Shown one piece after another: positions 57,524 to 64,000 of a stretch of 64,000 bases of DNA. The position numbers and the translations under genes were made by a program. The notes below the pieces were generated by a model. The model saw nothing but the letters and a program-made list of their open reading frames with translations. It had not been told where the DNA came from and did not search any database. The DNA is taken from the NCBI GenBank assembly GCA_041648595.1, contig JBAZOQ010000001.1:14002-78001 (forward strand). The letters are read 5' to 3'. The DNA is from Minisyncoccota bacterium (GTDB lineage Bacteria; Patescibacteriota; Minisyncoccia; Phycocordibacterales; UBA9973). Each line of letters starts with the position of its first letter. Positions within the stretch are counted from its first letter, which is position 1.

Positions 57524-58879
57524 ATGGTCAAGAAGATTGCCATAGTTTTTATTTTTGTATTACTTTTAACTTTTGGAACACCAAAGGCATCTTTGTCTTT
57601 TGATTGCGAAAAAGATTTAAATAGTAGCTCTTCAGCTAGTCAAAGGCGATCTTGTCAAAATGAACTTGATAAATTATTACAAGAACAAGCTGACTTAGAA
57701 GCTAAATTAAAAGAACAAAATAAACAAACAGGTACTCTTAAGGGAGATGTGATAGCGCTTACTACTCAAATCAATGCTTTAAAAACTAAAGTAAAAGCAA
57801 GAGCGTTAATAATAGCAGAATTAAAAGTTGATATAAATGACAAGGTTTCAAAAATAGAAACACTGTCTGGAAAAATAGAACGTGAACACGTATCTCTTGC
57901 TCAATTATTAAGAAATACAAATGATTTTGATAATCAGGATTTTATTTATTTAATATTTTCTGACGAAAGTCTTTCTACTTTTTATAGTGATCTTGAATCT
58001 TATGCTTCTATTAAACAAGCTATAAAAATGTCAGTGGATCAAATTAGGGGTATAAAAACTGAAACAGAAATAGAAAAAAAGGGTCTTGAAAAAAAACAGA
58101 ATGCAGAAACAGATGCTAAAGCTGAACTTGAAAGTGCACAAAAAAAGGTTGTACAAAGTGAAGCTGAAAAGAAAAAACTTTTAGTAATAAGTACACAAAC
58201 AGCAAGTGCTTATCAACTGTTGGCTGCAGACAGAAAAGCAAGAGCAGCAAAAATTCGTAGTGCTTTATTTAACTTAGCTGGTATTTCACAAAAAATTGAA
58301 TTTGGAACAGCATTGGAATATGCAAATGAAGCAAAAAATAAAACCGGTATTGATCCTGCATTTTTACTCGCTATTCTTACACAAGAAAGTAATTTGGGAG
58401 CAAATGTTGGCCAGTGTTATTTGACTAATGTTGATACAGGAGAAGGTGCTGGTAAAAATACAGGAACTTATTTTAAAAATGTAATGAAGCCAACCCGTGA
58501 TGTAGGACCATTTTTGGAGATAACTAACAATCTTGGTTTTGATGCATTTAAGACTGCTGTATCTTGTCCTATTGCTGGAGTAGCTGGATGGGGAGGTGCA
58601 ATGGGGCCAGCTCAATTTATTCCTTCGACATGGAAATTATTTGAAAATCGTTTAAAAAATCTTTTAGGATATTTTGCTAGTCCTTGGGCTCCTAAAGATT
58701 CTTTTATGGCTTCATCTTTATATCTCACAGATCTTGGAGCGGTGGGTACTAGTGCTAGTGCTCAAAATAGAGCTGCTTGTAAATATTATGGTTCTGGAGG
58801 AGCAACATGTTCATATAGTAATAGTGTTATGAAATTAAAATCTACAATACAAGATAATATAGATTTGCTTTCGAGTTAA
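57524..58879 (+). CDS. Coiled-coil lytic murein transglycosylase
   Basis: Signal peptide, long coiled coil, AIL.QES, GAMGPAQFIPSTW. Confidence 0.88.
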   Translation: MVKKIAIVFIFVLLLTFGTPKASLSFDCEKDLNSSSSASQRRSCQNELDKLLQEQADLEAKLKEQNKQTGTLKGDVIALTTQINALKTKVKARALIIAELKVDINDKVSKIETLSGKIEREHVSLAQLLRNTNDFDNQDFIYLIFSDESLSTFYSDLESYASIKQAIKMSVDQIRGIKTETEIEKKGLEKKQNAETDAKAELESAQKKVVQSEAEKKKLLVISTQTASAYQLLAADRKARAAKIRSALFNLAGISQKIEFGTALEYANEAKNKTGIDPAFLLAILTQESNLGANVGQCYLTNVDTGEGAGKNTGTYFKNVMKPTRDVGPFLEITNNLGFDAFKTAVSCPIAGVAGWGGAMGPAQFIPSTWKLFENRLKNLLGYFASPWAPKDSFMASSLYLTDLGAVGTSASAQNRAACKYYGSGGATCSYSNSVMKLKSTIQDNIDLLSS

Positions 58880-58902
58880 ATTTGTGATACTCTCTCCTAG
58901 TA

Positions 58903-59127
58903 ATGAAAAAAGAAATACATCCAAAATATGATATTAAAGCTAAAGCTACTTGCGCATGTGGAGCTATTTTTGAAGTAGGTTCAACAATGCCTGAAATTAA
59001 AATGGAAATTTGTAGTCATTGCCATCCTTTTTATACTGGCAATGATAAAGTTATGGATACTGCTGGACGTGTAGAACGTTTCAATAAGCGTCGTGCTTTG
59101 GTTGCTAAAGTTAAAGCCAAGAAGTAA
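58903..59127 (+). CDS. rpmE: 50S ribosomal protein bL31
   Basis: MKKEIHP, CACG, CSHCHPFYTG, GRVERF. Confidence 0.97.
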   Translation: MKKEIHPKYDIKAKATCACGAIFEVGSTMPEIKMEICSHCHPFYTGNDKVMDTAGRVERFNKRRALVAKVKAKK

Positions 59128-60090
59128 ATGAATTTAGACGAATTAAAAAAAAATCATAATACAAGCTATTTGGCTAGTATTTTAGAGCGTCTTTTGCGTG
59201 AAGAAGAACAAGTTCGTGAAATGATGGGTGGTGATGATGATTTGCATGAGATGGCAGCGATTGAACTTAAGTCTATTCAAGAACAAAAAGAAGTTACAGA
59301 AAAACAGATTCAAGACATATTAGACAAGGATATCGAAGAAGAAGAAATGGCTAATGAAATAGTATTAGAAGTACGTGCTGGAGCTGGAGGAGACGAAGCT
59401 TCTCTTTTTGCTTGGGAGCTTGCACATATGTATGAATTATTTTCTGTGATGAAAGGTTGGCAATGGAAGACAAATTATGAATCAAAAAGTGAATTGGGTG
59501 GTTATAAAGAAGCGAGTTTTGAAATAAAGGGTAGAGATATTTATAAAATGATGCGTTATGAAACTGGAGTGCACAGGGTACAAAGAACACCTGCAACAGA
59601 AAAAAATGGACGAGTACATACTTCTACTGCATCTGTCGCTGTGCTTCCTATCAGAAGAAAAGTTTTATTTGAAATTAATCCAGCAGATTTAGATATGGAA
59701 TATTCTCGTTCAGGAGGAAAAGGAGGACAGAATGTAAATAAGGTTGAAACAGCAGTACGTCTCATTCATAAACCAACAGGCATAGACGTGCGTTCAACAA
59801 ATGAAAGAAGTCAACTTGCAAATCGTGAAAAAGCGATGATGATTTTAACTGCAAAACTTCAACAGTTAAAAGAAGAAGAAGAGGCTAAAAAATATGCTGG
59901 TGTAAGGAAAGATCAAATAGGTACTGGAGATAGATCAGAAAAAATTCGTACTTATAATTTTTCTCAAGATAGAGTAACAGATCATCGTATCAAAAAATCT
60001 TGGCATAACTTACCTAAAATAATGGGAGGATATATTGAAGAAATTGTTGATGCTTTACAGTCTGGTGAGACAGGGGATGAAGAAGAATAA
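59128..60090 (+). CDS. prfA: Peptide chain release factor 1
   Basis: [21 protein letters not shown] (PxT), GGQ, RTYNF. Confidence 0.95.
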   Translation: MNLDELKKNHNTSYLASILERLLREEEQVREMMGGDDDLHEMAAIELKSIQEQKEVTEKQIQDILDKDIEEEEMANEIVLEVRAGAGGDEASLFAWELAHMYELFSVMKGWQWKTNYESKSELGGYKEASFEIKGRDIYKMMRYETGVHRVQRTPATEKNGRVHTSTASVAVLPIRRKVLFEINPADLDMEYSRSGGKGGQNVNKVETAVRLIHKPTGIDVRSTNERSQLANREKAMMILTAKLQQLKEEEEAKKYAGVRKDQIGTGDRSEKIRTYNFSQDRVTDHRIKKSWHNLPKIMGGYIEEIVDALQSGETGDEEE

Positions 60091-60298
60091 AAAAGATTTT
60101 GCTTTTTATTTATGTATATGTAATACTTATTGTGTAGTTTCTCGAAAGAGCTTTTAAAGTTTTCGTTGTGAGTTTAGTGATATGTTTTTGCATCAAAGAG
60201 ATCATTGAGCGACAAGAGTATCTACGTTTTGGCATAAAGTCAAAACATTATAATTAGTTTTTGCTCATTTTTTTAAAAAACGAGAGAAGTAAAATAAT

Positions 60299-60640
60299 AT
60301 GGCTACAAAGCTATATGTAGGGGGACTCCCTTACAGTGTTCAAGAGGATGCTCTTAAAGAGCTCTTTGCACAAGCAGGTTTAGTAACATCTGCTGTGATT
60401 ATTATGGATAAGATGTCTGGTCGTTCAAAAGGTTTTGGATTTGTAGAAATGGCAACAGCAGAGGAAGCACAAGCTGCTATATCTATGTTCAATGATCAAG
60501 AATATGAAGGACGCAAACTTACAGTAAATGAGGCTCGTCCAATGGAAGCTCGTCCACCAAGACAAAGTGGTGGTGGATATGGTGGAAATAGTAATGGAGG
60601 ATACGGTGGAGGTAACCGTGGTGGACGCCGAGAATATTAA
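60299..60640 (+). CDS. RRM RNA-binding protein with Gly-rich tail
   Basis: KLYVGGL (RNP2), KGFGFVEM (RNP1). Confidence 0.95.
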   Translation: MATKLYVGGLPYSVQEDALKELFAQAGLVTSAVIIMDKMSGRSKGFGFVEMATAEEAQAAISMFNDQEYEGRKLTVNEARPMEARPPRQSGGGYGGNSNGGYGGGNRGGRREY

Positions 60641-60653
60641 TCTGATTTATTTG

Positions 60654-60684
60654 TACAAAAACCGCTTTTTAAGCGGTTTTTGTT
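60654..60684 (+). terminator. Intrinsic terminator
   Basis: acaaaaaccgc-ttttaa-gcggtttttgt. Confidence 0.75.
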
Positions 60685-60720
60685 TGCAGATAGAAGGTAT
60701 ATTTGATATAGTCTTTTTAA

Positions 60721-60792
60721 GGGCGTGTAGTTCAGTGGTAGAACGCTGTCCTGATAAGACAGAGGCCGTAGGTCCGATTCCTACCACGCCCA
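60721..60792 (+). tRNA. tRNA-Ile(GAT)
   Basis: ctgtc-ctgataa-gacag; gggcgtg/cacgccc acceptor stem. Confidence 0.93.
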
Positions 60793-60793
60793 C

Positions 60794-61075
60794 ATGGAGA
60801 CAGAAGGAAATAAAAATAAAAACAATAATTTGTCTCGCCAGAATGGAATTTGGTGGAAACCAGCAGTTGAAATATTTAGTGAAATATCAACTTGGATTGC
60901 AGTGCCAATAATTTTGGCAGTGATAGGAGGTAAAGCCCTAGATGAACGTTATGGTACAAAGCCATATTTACTTCTAGTATTGTCTGGTGTAGCTTTTTTA
61001 TTTTCAGCTTATGGTATTGTAAAAGCTGTAAAAAAATATGCAGCTAAAATAAAAAAAGAAGAAGAGAAAAAATAA
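60794..61075 (+). CDS. AtpZ/AtpI-family protein
   Basis: G..LD...GT.P motif; first gene of the atp operon. Confidence 0.85.
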   Translation: METEGNKNKNNNLSRQNGIWWKPAVEIFSEISTWIAVPIILAVIGGKALDERYGTKPYLLLVLSGVAFLFSAYGIVKAVKKYAAKIKKEEEKK

Positions 61076-61078
61076 TTT

Positions 61079-61981
61079 ATGGAACAAGAAAAAAATTTAG
61101 TAACACAAACAACAGCAACAGAAGAAATATCTCACGACTCTACGCTTTTTGCTGAACCTATTTATCATTTCAATAATTTTACAATTACAAATGCTCTTTT
61201 CACGAGCTGGATAGTTGTGATTTTTATTATTGTTATGTCTTTCATACTTCGTTCTAAGCTTCGAGAAGTTCCTGGAAAAATTCAAAATCTTTTTGAAATT
61301 GTTATAGATGGAGCACTTTCTTTATGTGATCAAGTTACAAACGATAGAGCTCTTTCTTTGAAAATTTTTCCAATTGCTATTTCTGTATTTATTTTTATTC
61401 TTATTAATAATTGGATTGGATTGATTCCACTAGGAGGTTTGGGATTAATAGAAAAAGGAGAAGAGGGTCTTGCTTTTATACCATTTCTTCGTGGTGGTAC
61501 AGCTGATATTAATACAACTATTGCATTGGCTTTGATGGCTGTTTTAGGTGCAAATATGTTTGGTGTTTTTTCTATAGGAATATGGAAAACTTTTAATAAA
61601 TATGTTAATCTGAAAGTAATTGGACAAATGGGGAAAAAACTACGTAAAGACCCAACAATTATAATTGTTGCTCCAATTACGTTCTTTGTAGGATTAATTG
61701 AAATTGTTGGTGAATTTGCAAAAGTTGCATCATTATCTTTTCGTCTTTTTGGTAATGTCTTTGCAGGAGAAGTCTTGCTCGTTTCTATGGCGGCATTAGT
61801 TGGATATGTTGTACCAATACCATTTCTTTTTTTAGAAATACTTGTTGGAGTCATTCAAGCGCTTATTTTTTCAATTTTATTGGTTGTTTATTTTACAATT
61901 GCATCTACAGATCACGATGAACACGAAGAAACACATCACAAAGAAGAGTCGATTATTATTAATAATAGTATTCCGATCTAG
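61079..61981 (+). CDS. atpB: F0F1 ATP synthase subunit a
   Basis: SLSFRLFGNVFAGE, IQALIF. Confidence 0.96.
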   Translation: MEQEKNLVTQTTATEEISHDSTLFAEPIYHFNNFTITNALFTSWIVVIFIIVMSFILRSKLREVPGKIQNLFEIVIDGALSLCDQVTNDRALSLKIFPIAISVFIFILINNWIGLIPLGGLGLIEKGEEGLAFIPFLRGGTADINTTIALALMAVLGANMFGVFSIGIWKTFNKYVNLKVIGQMGKKLRKDPTIIIVAPITFFVGLIEIVGEFAKVASLSFRLFGNVFAGEVLLVSMAALVGYVVPIPFLFLEILVGVIQALIFSILLVVYFTIASTDHDEHEETHHKEESIIINNSIPI

Positions 61982-62209
<228 letters not shown>

Positions 62210-62211
62210 AA

Positions 62212-62292
62212 TTCCCCTCTTGAGGGGTGCCCCTCGGGCGGGGTGGATGAATATTTCCACCTCCCCCTAAAGGGTACTCCTCAAGAGGAGAA
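62212..62292. repeat. GC-rich multi-hairpin element between atpE and atpF
   Basis: ttcccctcttgagg...cctcaagaggagaa; resembles 55271-55355. Confidence 0.75.
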
Positions 62293-62300
62293 TAAACCCA

Positions 62301-62792
62301 ATGGATTCAATCATTAACACATTTCACATAGATTTTAAAATTATTATTGCTCAAATTTTTAATTTTGTGATAGTTTTTGTTGTTTTATACATATATGCTC
62401 TTAAGCCATTAAATAAATTAATGAAGGAGCGTTCTGAAAAAATATCAAAAGGTATTGATGATGCTAAAATAAATGCAGAAATTTTAAATAATACAAAAGC
62501 AGAATATGAAGAAGTTTTAGTAAAAGCTCGTAATGAAGCATATAAGATATGGGAAGTTGGAAAAAAAGAATCAGAAGCAAAAAAAATTTTAATGTTAGAA
62601 AAAGCAAAAGAAGAAGTTGATATTATGATAGATAATGGAAAAAAGAATCTTGAAAATGAAAAAATAAAAATGGTAGCCGAAGCCAGAGAAGAAATCACTA
62701 CTCTTTCCATAAAAATAGCAGAAAAAATACTTGGTAAAAATTTAGATAAAAATTTTGATGAGAAAACAATGAAAGAATTAAATAATATATAA
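62301..62792 (+). CDS. atpF: F0F1 ATP synthase subunit b
   Basis: AQIFNF...KPL...ER...I..G; operon order. Confidence 0.93.
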   Translation: MDSIINTFHIDFKIIIAQIFNFVIVFVVLYIYALKPLNKLMKERSEKISKGIDDAKINAEILNNTKAEYEEVLVKARNEAYKIWEVGKKESEAKKILMLEKAKEEVDIMIDNGKKNLENEKIKMVAEAREEITTLSIKIAEKILGKNLDKNFDEKTMKELNNI

Positions 62793-62871
62793 ATCCACCA
62801 AAATTTTTCACGAAAATAAAATTATGTTAACAAATATTAAAATTATATATATTAAAAAAATTTAGGCGGAT
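62793..62871 (+). repeat. Intergenic hairpin element, family B (atpF-atpH)
   Basis: ATCCACCAAAATTTTT...AAAAATTTAGGCGGAT. Confidence 0.85.
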
Positions 62872-62878
62872 AAAAAAT

Positions 62879-63289
62879 ATGGCAACTATTTCAAACAATG
62901 ATATAGCCCGTGCAATTTATCTAATTTTGAAAGATAAAACAAAAATAGAATTACATGATGTATTTGATAAAGTAATAAAATTTTTAGTACAGAAAAGATT
63001 ATTAACAAAGACTGCAGATATTTTAGAACGTTTAGATAAAATAATTAATAAAGAGGAAGGGAAAATTATTGTAAAGATATTAAGTGCTAAAAAACTAAAA
63101 GAAGAATTAAAAAAAGAATTAATAATTTTTCTGAAAGAACGTTATAAAGCTAAAGAGATTGTCTTTATAGAAGTGTTAGAAGAAAAATTGTTAGGTGGTA
63201 TGAGAATAGAGGTGAATGATGAAATTATCGATTTAACAGTAAAAAACAAAATTAAAAAATTACAAGAACATTTAACAAGAAGAATATGA
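62879..63289 (+). CDS. atpH: F0F1 ATP synthase subunit delta (short)
   Basis: SA..L, LLGG.RI.V.DEIIDLT; operon order. Confidence 0.88.
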   Translation: MATISNNDIARAIYLILKDKTKIELHDVFDKVIKFLVQKRLLTKTADILERLDKIINKEEGKIIVKILSAKKLKEELKKELIIFLKERYKAKEIVFIEVLEEKLLGGMRIEVNDEIIDLTVKNKIKKLQEHLTRRI

Positions 63290-63391
63290 GTCCCGTTAGA
63301 AGTTAACTTTCGGGAATAAATTATAAAAATTAATTAAGTTTATCTAATATATTAAAAAAGTTAAGTAAATTAGTATAACTTCTAACGGGAT
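63286..63391 (+). repeat. Start-codon hairpin element, family A, upstream of atpA
   Basis: ATGAGT-CCCGTTAGAAGTTA...TAACTTCTAACGGG-ATGAGT. Confidence 0.9.
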
Positions 63392-64000
63392 GAGTAACAA
63401 TATTGTAGAAAATTTAAAAAAAGAAATAGATAATTTTTCATCACAAATAAAAGCTGAAAAAGTTGGACATGTTTTAGAAGTTTTTGATGGTATAGCCAAA
63501 GTTTCTGGTCTTTCAGAGATAAAATCATCAGAGATGGTTACTTTTAGCAATGGAGAAATTGGTGTAGCACTTAACCTAGAAGAGGATACTGTTGGTATTA
63601 TCATTCTTGATGATTTTTCTAAGATAAGAGAAGGGGATGAAGTCAAAGCTACTGGAAAAATTTTAGAAGTACCAGTTTCGGATAATATTATTGGACGAGT
63701 TGTAAATGCCTTAGGTGTAGAAATTGATGGCAAAGGTGTTATTAGAACAGATAAAACTTATCCAATAGAAAAAGTTGCACCGGGTGTTATTACTCGTCTT
63801 TCTGTCTCTCAACCTGTTTCCACTGGTATTAAAGTTATCGATGCTATCATTCCTATCGGTCGTGGTCAACGTGAGCTTATTATTGGTGATCGCCAGACTG
63901 GTAAAACTGCAATTGCTATTGATGCTATTTTAAATCAAAAAGGTCAAAATATGATTTGTGTTTATGTTTCTATTGGTCAAAAAGATTCTAAACTTCGCAA
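63390..64000 (+). CDS. atpA: F0F1 ATP synthase subunit alpha (3' truncated by the window end)
   Basis: [43 protein letters not shown]. Confidence 0.97.
   Translation, partial: MSNNIVENLKKEIDNFSSQIKAEKVGHVLEVFDGIAKVSGLSEIKSSEMVTFSNGEIGVALNLEEDTVGIIILDDFSKIREGDEVKATGKILEVPVSDNIIGRVVNALGVEIDGKGVIRTDKTYPIEKVAPGVITRLSVSQPVSTGIKVIDAIIPIGRGQRELIIGDRQTGKTAIAIDAILNQKGQNMICVYVSIGQKDSKLR

Noticed and set aside
60528-60911. 127-aa ORF
   Set aside because: Spans the RRM gene end, a terminator and tRNA-Ile; spurious.

Overview
AT-rich chromosomal segment whose gene content points to a Patescibacteria/CPR (Parcubacteria-like) genome: short ValS, PrfA and AtpH, a GlmU N-terminal domain only, and mostly leaderless-type promoters. 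This taxonomic call is inference. The window holds the 3' part of a giant Calx-beta/Fn3 surface protein gene with a MacB-like ABC system, lepA, a glycerate-to-PEP cluster, valS, tsaD, ftsZ/ftsA, greA, lysS, a REP-associated tyrosine transposase, the mraZ-rsmH-ftsL-ftsI-murF cluster, obg, gatB, fba, prfA, the start of the atp operon and eight tRNAs. The most striking unexplained signal is a set of short structured elements. (1) Six copies of a CCCGTTAGA...TCTAACGGG inverted-repeat element end exactly at a start codon, often with the first 4-6 nt of the gene duplicated upstream and an alternative proximal pairing partner. Three copies of a second family (CCRCCAAAATTT...AAATTTAGGYGG) have a similar placement. 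(2) At least 15 in-frame palindromic insertions from several families lie inside essential genes, five in enolase alone, some with compensatory base changes. Other notable items are a PaaX/Cas2-fold gene bracketed by 36-bp palindromes, two tRNA-C-ATG gene junctions and a T9SS-type C-terminal-domain protein next to a tRNA. Coordinates were counted by hand and may be off by a few bases.
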